This document shows positions 10,381 to 20,961 of a stretch of DNA of 20,961 bases, in pieces. The notes below the pieces were generated by a model. The model was not told where the DNA came from and did no database searches. It worked only from the letters and a program-made list of their open reading frames with translations. Numbering within the stretch: the first letter of the stretch is position 1; each line of letters starts with the position of its first letter. The stretch comes from Octopus sinensis. Lineage: Eukaryota. The stretch covers positions 1 through 20,961 of the forward strand of contig NW_021829669.1 in NCBI RefSeq assembly GCF_006345805.1, read 5' to 3'. The translations under genes and the position numbers were made by a program.

Positions 10381-10758
10381 GATTTTGGTTGCAATGTAGG
10401 GAAGAATCTTTATAAGCCTGTATTAATGCAGTTACCAAACAACAAACCAAGAATCAGATCAAGAGTTTACAATGTTTGTGCCAACTCAAATCCTACTACA
10501 GTCATTGTGTCATATATTTATGTTATGTAAACTACTGCATGTTGTAATTTACCTAACCTAAAAATATATTGTTTCAACTTCTAGCTCATAGTCGAATATT
10601 TAAAAGTAAGAGGATATTTAGTTATAAAACACAAACAATTTCAGCAATACTTGTATAAGAGGAAAAAAGAAAGAAACAGAACAAATAATTATATCTCATC
10701 AAATGTTTCATGATAATTATATATATGATTTTCTTTTCTTGTTTTTGTTTTTTTACAG

Positions 10759-10812
10759 ATGGTTTAACAAACCCAGTTCAGAAGATACTGGAAAACCTCC
10801 TGTGCTTTTAGG
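10759..10812 (+). CDS. Exon B (54 bp, phase 2-2; KWFNKPSSEDTGKPPVLLG)
   Basis: Strong acceptor gtttttgtttttttacAG; donor GG|GTTAGT; frame continues from exon A into exon C. Confidence 0.72.
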
Positions 10813-11110
10813 GTTAGTAAACACCTCAAACCTTGCATTATTATAAATTCTTTTGTTAACCCTTTAGCACTCAAACTAGCCTTATCCAGCTCAGGCACTC
10901 CAATGGTTTTATGTTCAAACTGGCCAGATCCAGCCTCTCACTCCTTCCCTACGATGTCATTGTAAAAACTAAACAATTGCATCATTGAAATCTTGAAGCT
11001 ACAAAATAGGGAATGATTAATTTAAAACAATTTGAATGAACAATATATAACACACAGCATGTCCATAAATAACAAACCACAGTAACAAGCTTATCAACAA
11101 TGTGTATGTG

Positions 11111-11160
<50 letters not shown>

Positions 11161-11216
11161 TATATATATACATACTTATAGATGTTTGTTTTTCTTTCTC
11201 TTCTATCCACTTACAG

Positions 11217-11490
11217 AACATGGAGGGGGATCAACAAGTTCAAGGAGTTGCCGCGTATCATCGTCATCATCATCATCTTCATCATCATCATCGTCTTCAT
11301 CATCATCTCAATCTCATTCCCAATCTGCTGCCACTTCCTCTACATCCTCGTCTTCCACGATGGCATCCAAGCCTTCCACCTTGCCGTCATCTGGCGAAGC
11401 TGAGTTAGACGGCCCCACATCATGTGTGACGTTTGCAGATGGTGGCGCTCACTGGTACCGTTCATCAGCAGTTTTACTCAGGTTCCATAA
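11217..11490 (+). CDS. Duplicate exon A'
   Basis: Same as 9933-10206 with intact splice sites. Confidence 0.65.
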
Positions 11491-12041
11491 GTAAGTAGTT
11501 CGAGTGGCAAAGATAACAGTGGTTAGTCATGATTGGAGATTGTCTGTCTCTAGCTAATTATGAAATCGTGGTTTCAATTCCCAGACTGGCTATGCATTGT
11601 ATTCTTGAGCAAAACACTTCATTTCACATTACTCCAGTCCTCTCAGCTGTAAATAGGTAACCTTGATTTTGGTTGCAATGTAGGGAAGAATCTTTATAAG
11701 CCTGTATTAATGCAGTTACCAAACAACAAACCAAGAATCAGATCAAGAGTTACAATGTTTGTGCCAACTCAAATCCTACTACAGTCATTGTGTCATATAT
11801 TTATGTTATGTAAACTACTGCATGTTGTAATTTACCTAACCTAAAAATATATTGTTTCAACTTCTAGCTCATAGTCGAATATTTAAAAGTAAGAGGATAT
11901 TTAGTTATAAAACACAAACAATTTCAGCAATACTTGTATAAGAGGAAAAAAGAAAGAAACAGAACAAATAATTATATCTCATCAAATGTTTCATGATAAT
12001 TATATATATGATTTTCTTTTCTTGTTTTTGTTTTTTTACAG

Positions 12042-12095
12042 ATGGTTTAACAAACCCAGTTCAGAAGATACTGGAAAACCTCCTGTGCTTTTAGG
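12042..12095 (+). CDS. Duplicate exon B'
   Basis: Same as 10759-10812 with intact splice sites. Confidence 0.65.
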
Positions 12096-12393
12096 GTTAG
12101 TAAACACCTCAAACCTTGCATTATTATAAATTCTTTTGTTAACCCTTTAGCACTCAAACTAGCCTTATCCAGCTCAGGCACTCCAATGGTTTTATGTTCA
12201 AACTGGCCAGATCCAGCCTCTCACTCCTTCCCTACGATGTCATTGTAAAAACTAAACAATTGCATCATTGAAATCTTGAAGCTACAAAATAGGGAATGAT
12301 TAATTTAAAACAATTTGAATGAACAATATATAACACACAGCATGTCCATAAATAACAAACCACAGTAACAAGCTTATCAACAATGTGTATGTG

Positions 12394-12424
<31 letters not shown>

Positions 12425-12425
<1 letters not shown>

Positions 12426-12642
12426 AGTTTCAAATTTTGGCACACAGCCAGCAATTTGATGGGGAATGTGGGAGGGTAGGTCGATTACATTGAACCAAGA
12501 GCTCAGCTGGTACTTATTTTATCAAACCTGAAAGGATGTAAAGCAAAATCAACCTAAGTGGAATTTGAACTCAGAATGTAAAGTTGGAAGAAATGGTGCT
12601 AAGCATTTTGACTGGTGCAATAACAATTCTGCCAGCTTACCA
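12425..12642 (-). mobile_element. tRNA-derived SINE with a Nin/Deu-like central domain (extra head fragment at ~12905-12944)
   Basis: Reverse complement matches the three copies at 20331-20961 (CTGGCAGAAT head, TTCTGAGTTCAAAT B-box-like, GATAAAATAAGTACCAG core, GCCAAAATTTGAAAC end). Confidence 0.75.
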
Positions 12643-12988
12643 CTGTAGTCAGTGTATATGTATTAAATATGATATATAGATGCCTATTTTGATTAAATAC
12701 TTCCTCACTTATGTACACTAAATTATAAATTCTCTTGTTTGTATAAAAGCTGCTTTTTAAATACCCATTGGTATGTCATTTTTTTGTGTGTGTTTCTTGT
12801 TGTTGTTGTTCTTTTGTCTAAGCCCCCATCACCACCACCACCACACACATACACATTGTGGTTTGTGGCTCGTTGGCTGAAGTATATTTTAGGATAGATT
12901 AAGTACATTTTTGCCTGGTGTATTAACAACTCTGCCAGCTCCCCTCCTTTATTTGCAGCTTATAATAATTATTTTTGTTTTTTTCCAG

Positions 12989-13232
12989 GTCATGTATAAA
13001 ATGTGATGCCGGCTTGCGCCTGATTGAGCTAAGAGTTGAGCCAGAAGGCCAGGTTTTCTGCCACTGGGAATTCCTTCAAAGCGATCCACCTCGCATGTTT
13101 CTGCTGCAGAAGTCACGCCTAAAAAATGCACCAAACTTTGATGCCGCCACTCAAGTTATCACTGTGTTAGCCGAAGATTCTTTTGGAAATATTTTAAAGA
13201 AAAAACTCAAAATTGCTGATATTGAAGACTAA
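12989..13232 (+). CDS. Terminal coding exon C (SCIKCDAGLRLIELRVEPEGQVFCHWEF...KKKLKIADIED*)
   Basis: Acceptor ttttgtttttttccAG; phase 2 matches exon B; 80 open codons of protein-like composition; followed by an AT-rich UTR-like region. Confidence 0.78.
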
Positions 13233-13379
13233 ATTCTTGTTGTTGCTGTTATTGTTGTTGTTGTTCTCTTTGTTTGTTGTTGTTGTTGTTATCGTTCTTG
13301 TTATTTTTTGTTTTATTTGAAGTCTTTTTTAAAAGTTTTGTAAACTTTTTATTTATTTATTTATGTTCACCTGAAATAC

Positions 13380-13385
13380 ATTAAA
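13380..13385 (+). promoter_or_regulatory. Possible polyadenylation signal ATTAAA (alternative AATAAA at 13889-13894)
   Basis: Downstream of the exon C stop with T-rich sequence following; such hexamers are common by chance in AT-rich DNA. Confidence 0.25.
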
Positions 13386-14028
13386 AAAGAGCATAAATCA
13401 ATGCAATGTCTTCAACAAAATTTTAATATCATTATTATCATGATTATTATTATTATTATTATTATTTCTGCTACTTCTTTTAATTTTGATTAATTTTGTT
13501 TTGCACACTATAGTTTTGTTTATTTCCCTTTTGTCCATGTTAGCATGGGTTAGATGGTTCTATAAAGTTTTAAATATTTCTTGGTTGGTTAGTATATGTT
13601 GGTGGGATAGAAACAAAACCAAAAAAACACATATTTTGACTTTTTTTACATTTTAAATTGTTGGCACATGAATATATTCTTTTTATTGTTTGTATTAATT
13701 TAAATTTTGTTTACATTTTATTTACTCATTCTTCATCTGTTTATAATCGATGAAGTGTGTGCACTGTGTGAGTGAGTGATAATGAAATGGGGGAGGGAAA
13801 AACAAATGTTATATATATTTTTTATTTGTCATAGAATTTTTCATCTTTTTCTTTTGCTGCTGCTGCTGTTTTAAAAGCTGATATAGAGAATAAATATATT
13901 TTCCCCTTCATTGACCCATGAAAGACAACTGGGCTGATAAATAATATCAAACATTTTAGTTTTTTTTTCACTTTTTGGTACTAGAGAAGAAAGAAAGCTG
14001 ATCTCTTGTAGAAAACAAACCCACATGT

Positions 14029-14081
<53 letters not shown>

Positions 14082-14206
14082 CACACACATATATATATAT
14101 ATATACACACACACACACGCACACACAATTAGTCAACACAAGTCCAAATATAAAGTTTGTGCAGCTCATACTAAAACTACACATGCACACACACACATTT
14201 TCGCCT

Positions 14207-14262
14207 CTTCTTGGGTATATGAAACTTCCTTCCTTCTTGGGTATATGAAACTTCCTTCCTTC
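14207..14262. repeat. 26-bp tandem duplication (CTTCTTGGGTATATGAAACTTCCTTC x2)
   Basis: Exact repeat at 14207 and 14233. Confidence 0.92.
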
Positions 14263-14276
14263 TCCTTCACTTCCAG

Positions 14277-14373
14277 TCATTCAGAGTCTGTCACTTTCAA
14301 TATGTCATGATATAGAGTAACTGATTTGTCTCCATTGTTCACATTTTCTTTCCTTCCACTACGTTTTTCCATT
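14277..14373 (-). CDS. Candidate terminal exon of a convergent gene (MEKRSGRKENVNNGDKSVTLYHDILKVTDSE*)
   Basis: Acceptor ctcttccttagtctgcAG; phase-compatible with 14829-14876; no recognisable homology. Confidence 0.25.
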
Positions 14374-14417
14374 CTGCAGACTAAGGAAGAGCTTCATCTT
14401 GAAATGTCAATGACACT

Positions 14418-14782
14418 TACTCTTTTACTTGTTTCAGTCATTTGACTGTGGCCATGCTGGAGCACCATCTTTAGTCGAGCAAATCGATCCCAAAACTTAT
14501 TCTTTGTAAGCCTAGTACTTATTCTATCGGTTTCTTTTGCCGAACCGCTAAATTACAGGGAAGTAAACACACTAGCATTGTTGGGGGGAACAAACACAGA
14601 CACGCATACATACTTATATACGACGGGCTTCTTTCAGTTTCCATCTACCAAATCCACTCTCAAGGCTTTGGTCAGCCCGAGGCTATAGGAGAAGACACTT
14701 GCCCAAGGTGTCACGCAGTGGTACTGAACCAGGAACCATGTGGTTGGTAAGCAAGTTACTTACCACACAGCCACTCCTACGC
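14418..14782 (-). mobile_element. Near full-length tRNA-derived CORE-like SINE with a LINE-derived tail
   Basis: Head TGGCTGTGTGGTAAG (A box) and GGTTCAGTACC (B box); GTGACACCTTGGGCAAGT core; tail matches LINE 1 tail at 42 of 49 positions. Confidence 0.88.
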
Positions 14783-14828
14783 TTCTACATATTTAATCCC
14801 TCACCAAACATCAAATTAATAATTACAC

Positions 14829-14876
14829 CTTGCTTTCATTTCATTTTCTTTGCTTTCTTCATCATAAATTTTGAAC
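14829..14876 (-). CDS. Candidate 48-bp internal exon (FKIYDEESKENEMKAR)
   Basis: ttttatatAG acceptor, AG|GTGTAA donor, phase 2-2. Confidence 0.25.
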
Positions 14877-15128
14877 CTATATAAAAGTGCGTAATAAAAC
14901 TTTAGAAGAAATTTTGGAATTAGAAGAGTAAATAGTCTTATACAAATTAATTCATCCAAAACAAATAGAAATGGCATATCAACTGAAAGTAATGAACAAA
15001 TGCTGGTGTACATTTTCTATACCTCACATAAGTTGACACCTAGATAAACAGATAGAAGCACAAATGAAAAGGAAGCGTACTCCACACAATCCAAATAGTT
15101 TATAGTATTTGACTTTATAAATTGACTC

Positions 15129-15597
15129 AGAACTGCGTCACTTAAAGTTTCACAGAAATGATAAAATTATACCAGATTCTTTGAATTCTTGTTTTTGAAT
15201 TTTGAATCATATCATTAATACAAATACAAATATATACATGCACACATGCATGAAGAAAATCCAGGCAAATACTTTTTAAGCACTCTGTATGAGTCAAACT
15301 TGACTAACCAAATTGACCAGAGAAAGTCATTGCAATCCATATAGTCATTAACTTTACATTCCACTGCCTGTCCAATTTCTTAATCCAAAAGTTCATTCAC
15401 TGATTAAATTCAGTATAAGTATGATAGAAAAACACAAATGAATGGAAAACTGTATTTTTTAACACAATGTGTTGAAAAATATATAATTCTCCATTCTTTT
15501 GTGTTTATATTTGTGTTTGTAGATTGTTTTAAGTGGTGTACTGATATAAATATATAAAGGAAAAGGAGGTAATCATGATTACCTCTTTTTTCTTAAT

Positions 15598-15636
<39 letters not shown>

Positions 15637-16260
15637 ACAACACACACACACATACATACATACATACATTCATTCATTCATTCATTCATTCATTCATTCA
15701 TTCATTAGTGGTGAATACTGAGAATAGATATTCAACTCTGCAGTGAAAGATAAATACTTCCTTTATTTGTGCATTTCCAACTCTACCTTAGGTTTCATGC
15801 ATTATAGTTTGCAATATTCAAGTATTCCACTTAAAGAATGATGGTTACCCATCTTCATCTTAGATCTGGTTTCATATATATATACATATATATATGTGTG
15901 TGTGTGTGTGCGCATGTGCATGTGTGTGTGTGTATGTGTGTATATATATAGATATATATAGACACATACATATATACATACATATATCTATAAGTGTCTA
16001 TGTAACACACACATATATATTTAAAGGTAAACAGCTAGACAGACAGACAGATAGATAGATAGATAAATAGATAGACTGACAGACAGACAGGTAGATGGTC
16101 ATATATTTATAAACATTTCCATGCAATGCATATAATAAAAAAGTGCTCAATATGGGATGTTTGCATTTAATCATATAATACAGTCAATTGATAAGCTAGA
16201 GTTGTCATCGGTGACAGGTGGTTTTGTGCTATTTCAATAATTGCATAGTATTCTCGTTAG
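15129..16260 (+). repeat. Local duplication, copy 1 (empty site)
   Basis: Collinear with 17703-19119; about five substitutions, an ~11-bp indel and microsatellite length differences. Confidence 0.93.
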
Positions 16261-16525
16261 GCCATTCTTGAACTCGAAGAATAGTCTTGTTCCAGAATCT
16301 CCTGGATCTGCGTACTATGTAACTATCACAGGACGCATAAAACAGTCCAGTCTGTACCCAATAAAAAATGCACTGTATCAGTCATATTACACACACACAC
16401 ACACACTTATACTCATACATACACACACAGACGCACACATGCAGATACATATACATACATTTTATATATAATATATATACATTATATCTATATATTTATA
16501 TGTGTGTATGTATTTATATGCATAT

Positions 16526-16855
16526 TCTTTTATATGTTTCATCTCTGTGGCTGTGACCATGCTGTGGCTTGGGTTCTAATTGATCCAATCAACAGAAGAC
16601 CCCCACTTGTGAAATTAATGTGCAAGTGGCTGAGCACTCCACTGATATGCATAACCTTAGCATAGTTCTCAAGAAGATACAGCATGACAAAGAATGTGAC
16701 AGGGCTAGCTCTTTAAAATACAGGTACAGCTCATTTTTGCCAGCTGAGTGAACTAGAGCAATATGAAATAAAGTTTCTTGCTCAAGATCACAATGCACCA
16801 CCAGGAATCAAACTCACAACCTTCTGATCATGTACCAGCTACCTCAATCACTAAG
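16526..16855 (-). mobile_element. Older tRNA-derived SINE: core shared with 18184-18514, tail resembling the LINE tail
   Basis: CAGCTGAGTGAACTAGAGCAATATGAAATAAAGT core; at the tail end TCTTTTATATGTTTCATCTCTGTGGCTGTGACCATGCTG resembles 14421-14460. Confidence 0.72.
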
Positions 16856-17416
16856 ATACCTGCCTCCACAGCATACAAGTATACACTAGTAAAACACACA
16901 AACATTTTGTAATTTATGATGTTATTATAAAAGAATGTTTGTAAAACCAAATCACCAATTGTATTAGGAACTCAGATATACACTCTGTAATCTATTCAAA
17001 TGTATAGAATACCAAATGAAATTGGGAAAGAAACTATCAAGCTATGCTTAATATTGTTATTGGAAGTTGCACATTATGTGGTTTTACATGGAGTTTTGTC
17101 CAAAGGTTAACAGTTACGCTGTCTTGTTTGCAGTAGCAACATTTCAACCCCCACACACCCTATACATGCTTATGTAAATGTTTACATTCCACATCTTTGC
17201 TTGAGAATGTTTATGCAAAATAGTGATGTTATAATGACATTTCCTATCAACAAAATTATCTTGGAACTCTGAGCTTTAAAAGATGAATAAAATAAAAATA
17301 TATTCTATGCCTGAAAAAGAAAAGATGAAGGTTAGTGTGAGAAAGAGCACCCAACTGTAAAATAGTACCTCAGCAATAAGTGTTTGTCTAACTCATGCTA
17401 GCATAAGTGCAAGTTA

Positions 17417-17690
17417 AGTGGTGTAGTTAAGAAACTTGCTATACAGCCATGTGGTTTTGGGATCTGTTCTACTGTGTGACATTTTGGGCAAGTACATTCT
17501 GCTATTGCTTCAGTGAGTAAATTTGTTAAACAGAAACTGTGAAAGTTCATTATATATATATATGTGTGCATGTGCGTGTGTTTGTCCTTCCCCCATACTG
17601 TTTGACAGCTGATGCTGGCTTATTTACAACAGAATGAGTCCAACAGAATAAATAACAGACTTGAGAATATGTACTGGGAAGGATTTGACA
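17417..17690 (+). mobile_element. Degenerate copy of the 14418-14782 SINE family, tail missing
   Basis: GTGTGACATTTTGGGCAAGT core, CAGAAACTG, internal microsatellite and GTGTTTGTCC segment in the same order. Confidence 0.65.
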
Positions 17691-17702
17691 GAAACAAATA
17701 AA

Positions 17703-19119
17703 AGAACTGCGTCACTTAAAGTTTCACAGAAATGATAAAATTATACCAGATTCTTTGGATTCTTGTTTAAGAACAACTTCTGAATTTTGAATCATATCAT
17801 TAATACAAATACAAATATATACATGCACACATGCATGAAGAAAATCCAGGCAAATACTTTTTAAGCACTCTGTATGAGTCAAACTTGACTAACCAAATTG
17901 ACCAGAGAAAGTCATTGCAATCCATATAGTCATTAACTTTACATTCCACTGCCTGTCCAATTTCTTAATCCAAAAGTTCATTCACTGATTAAATTCAGTA
18001 TAAGTATGGTAGAAAAACACAAATGAATGGAAAACTGTATTTTTTAACACAATGTGTTGAAAAATATATAATTCTCCATTCTTTTGTGTTTATATTTGTG
18101 TTTGTAGATTGTTTGAAGTGGTGTACAGATATAAATATATAAAGGAAAAGGAGGTAATCATGATTACCTCTTTTTTCCTAATAAAGACCCCCTTCGGTCA
18201 TGAATGACCATGGGATTGCACCTAGAAAGTTACCCTACTAGACACAAGTCTGGGCAAGGTTGTTTTTATGGAAGGCCAGCAGTCGCCCATGCATACCAGC
18301 CTCCCCTCTCCACGCCACCAGTGTTATCCAAGGGAAAGACAAAGGTCGATACAGCTTGGCACCAGTGACGTCGCAACTCATTTCTACAGCTGAGTGAACT
18401 GGAGCAACGTGAAATAAAGTGCCTTGCTCGAGAACACAACACGCAGCCCAGTCCGGGATTCGAGCTCACAACCTCACGATCGTAAGCTCGACGCTCTAAC
18501 CACTGAGCCATGCGATATATATATATATATATATATAAACACACACACACACATACATACATACATACATACATTCATTCATTCATTCATTAGTGGTGAA
18601 TACTGAGAATAGATATTCAACTCTGCAGTGAAAGATAAATACTTCCTTTATTTGTGCATTTCCAACTCTACCTTAGGTTTCATGCATTATAGTTTGCAAT
18701 ATTCAAGTATTCCACTTAAAGAATGATGGTTACCCATCTTCATCTTAGATCTGGTTTCATATATATATACATATATATATGTGTGTGTGTGTGTGTGTAT
18801 GTGTGTATATATATAGATATATATAGACACATACATATATACATACATATATCTATAAGTGTCTATGTAACACACACATATATTTAAAGGTAAACAGCTA
18901 GACAGACAGATAGATAGATAGATAGATAGATAGACTGACAGACAGACAGGTAGATGGTCATATATTTATAAACATTTCCATGCAATGCATATAATAAAAA
19001 AGTGCTCAATATGGGATGTTTGCATTTAATCATATAATACAGTCAATTGATAAGCTAGAGTTGTCATCGGTGACAGGTGGTTTTGTGCTATTTCAATAAT
19101 TGCATAGTATTCTCGTTAG
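17703..19119 (+). repeat. Local duplication, copy 2 (SINE-filled site)
   Basis: See copy 1; extra length is the SINE at 18184-18514. Confidence 0.93.
18184..18514 (-). mobile_element. Young tRNA-derived SINE present only in duplication copy 2
   Basis: Head TGGCTCAGTGGTTAGAGC (A box) and CTCGAATCCC (B-box-like); absent at the orthologous point (~15598) of copy 1. Confidence 0.9.
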
Positions 19120-19430
19120 AAAAATATATGTAAAAAAAATGAAATAGAAATAAGGATCATATAATTTAAAAGTTCATATATTACAATTGACAATATTAAG
19201 CATGAATATATGTATTCTCATCCACAATGGAGACAAGTACCAACATCCCCAACTGGTTTGCTTGAACAATTGTGGCTACCTATACCACATGAAACCAATG
19301 GTTGCTTTATTAATATACAAATAAGGAATGTTTATCCACCAATGCAGTGTTGAGCACCCATTCTCGCTGTTAAATACTATGTGTATGCGTATTTGTATAT
19401 ACATATAAGACCACCATATATATATATATT

Positions 19431-19513
19431 GTGACACCTTGAGCAAGTGGCTTCTACTGACCGAAGCGTTGTGAGTGGATTTGGTAGACAGAAACTGAAA
19501 GAAGCCTGTCGTG
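19431..19513 (+). mobile_element. Core fragment of the 14418-14782 SINE family
   Basis: GTGACACCTTGAGCAAGTG...GTGAGTGGATTTGGTAGACAGAAACTGAAAGAAGCC. Confidence 0.8.
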
Positions 19514-19555
<42 letters not shown>

Positions 19556-19939
19556 TCAAAAATTGTGAAGCATGACTGTCACCACTACTACATGAACCTG
19601 AAGATTGCAGAATTTAATGCATGAAAGTACTAGTTCAATCAGAATGAACATTTAACATTCTATTATATTATTTTATTTTATTTTATTATATTCTATTATC
19701 TTATATTATATCATTATAAGATTGTAAATAAAATGTGAAAATCAGACAAGGTTGGAATTCCTTTTATTAATATATATATATATGTATATGTGTGTGTTAT
19801 ATATACATATATATAGATAGATAGGTAGACAGATAGATACATACACATACATGCACATATATATAGATAAATAAATACATGCACATACATACACACACAC
19901 ATATACATATATATAACGTATACTTATATGTATAAAATT

Positions 19940-19977
<38 letters not shown>

Positions 19978-20264
19978 TATTGTTATTTCTGAATTGATCA
20001 GCCCTGACATCTTTCTATCTCCAAAACTGATGGGTCAATATAAGGGATCAGTCTTCTTCTAAGGGTTAGTGCAGTGTTCATCACCTCTGACATGGCTGAT
20101 ATTGCTGGACTTGATTCAATTATATAAAAATAGTCTCTTGGCTATATTATAAACCAATAAAAATCCCTCATACAGACAGACAGACTCTTACACACACACT
20201 CATATACACACAAAATTGCATTTTTTTTATGAAAGATCATTTCATTTTATAATTCTTAGAGTAT

Positions 20265-20328
20265 TATTATTACTATTATTATTGCTATTATTATTATTAT
20301 TACTACTACTACTACTACTACTACTACT
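20265..20328. repeat. (ATT)n/(ACT)n trinucleotide microsatellite
   Basis: Directly visible. Confidence 0.92.
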
Positions 20329-20330
20329 AA

Positions 20331-20961
20331 GGTAATGAGCTGGCCAAATTGCTAATGTGTCTGACAAAATGCTTAGTGGCATTTCTTCTTCTGGCTGTAT
20401 ACATTCTGAGTTCAAATGCCATCAAGGCCGACTTAGCCTTTATCCTTTTGAGTTCAATAAAATAAAGTACCAGTTAAATTCTGGGGTCAATGCAGTTGGC
20501 TGGTCACCTCCTTCAAAAACTAAAAATTTCTGGCTCTATGCCAAAATTTGAAACATTTTTGAAAGGCAGTGAGCTGGCAGAGTTATTGTCACATTGTACA
20601 AAATGTTTTGTGGCATTTCTTCCAATTCATGACATTCTGAGTTCAAATCCAACTGAAATCAACTTTGCCTTTCATACTTTCAGGTTCAGTAAAAGGAAGC
20701 ACCAGTGAGGTCAAAATAATTTACTAACTCCTTCCCTTAAAATTTAATTTGAAAGAATTATCATTATTAAAGGCACATGATTGGCAGAATAATTAGCATC
20801 ATGCAAAATACCTTGTGGTATTTTGTTAAATCCTTTTATATTCTCCATTCAGCTATGCCTCTCTCCATGTAGGGTCAATAAAGTAGCAGTCAAATTCTGG
20901 GGTCAGTGACATTGACTAATTCTCACTCTAAAACTTGATGGCCTTGTGCCTATATCAGTAT
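20331..20961 (+). mobile_element. Three head-to-tail diverged copies of the Nin/Deu-like SINE (~20331-20554, ~20564-20745, ~20770-20961)
   Basis: Repeated CTGG(C)CAGAA/AAAT heads, TTCTGAGTTCAAAT in the first two copies, and AGTACCAG/CTGGGGTCA cores. Confidence 0.7.

Larger units (their letters stand above)
9835..12424. repeat. Tandem duplication with a ~1284-bp unit; breakpoints inside (TA)n tracts
   Basis: Offset is 1284 at exon A and 1283 at exon B. The only differences I noticed are a 1-bp indel (GAGTTTAC/GAGTTAC) and microsatellite length. Confidence 0.95.

Noticed and set aside
16261-16390. Plus-strand frame PFLNSKNSLVPESPG... after an AG, and a similar candidate near 17006-17105
   Set aside because: Weak or missing splice sites and no recognisable homology.
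18430-18514. tRNA-like sequence (also 14720-14782 and 8700-8755)
   Set aside because: These are SINE heads continuous with SINE bodies, not complete tRNA genes.
19212-19352. Plus-strand PTSPTGLLEQLW, reminiscent of the Tc1 WPxxSPDLNPIE motif
   Set aside because: Match too loose and no TIRs nearby.
1-20961. CRISPR array or prokaryotic operon-type system
   Set aside because: No regularly spaced repeats with unique spacers; the sequence is intron-containing eukaryotic DNA.

Overview
AT-rich, microsatellite-dense animal genomic DNA. The SINE families look like those I know from octopus/cephalopod genomes; this is recognition from memory, not a database search. Bases 1-9.8 kb are a transposon cluster: three 5'-truncated CR1/L2-group LINE copies, a Penelope-like (GIY-YIG) retroelement arranged as a ~1.07-kb inverted repeat, an unclassified element with terminal direct repeats, and a Tc1/mariner deletion derivative, mostly embedded in (TA)n-type tracts and with several fold-back palindromes. 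Bases 9.9-13.2 kb hold three phase-compatible exons of an unidentified plus-strand gene; two of them lie in a near-identical ~1284-bp tandem duplication. Bases 13.3-21 kb contain several tRNA-derived SINE families, a ~1.1-kb local duplication in which only one copy carries a SINE, and weak hints of a convergent minus-strand gene. I see no convincing new enzymatic system. The most interesting signals are RNA-structural (a covarying 3' stem-loop shared by LINEs and SINEs, a hammerhead-like fold in the Penelope arms) and architectural (fold-backs and duplications pivoting on self-complementary microsatellites). Some of the architecture could be assembly artefact. All alignments and counts were done by eye.
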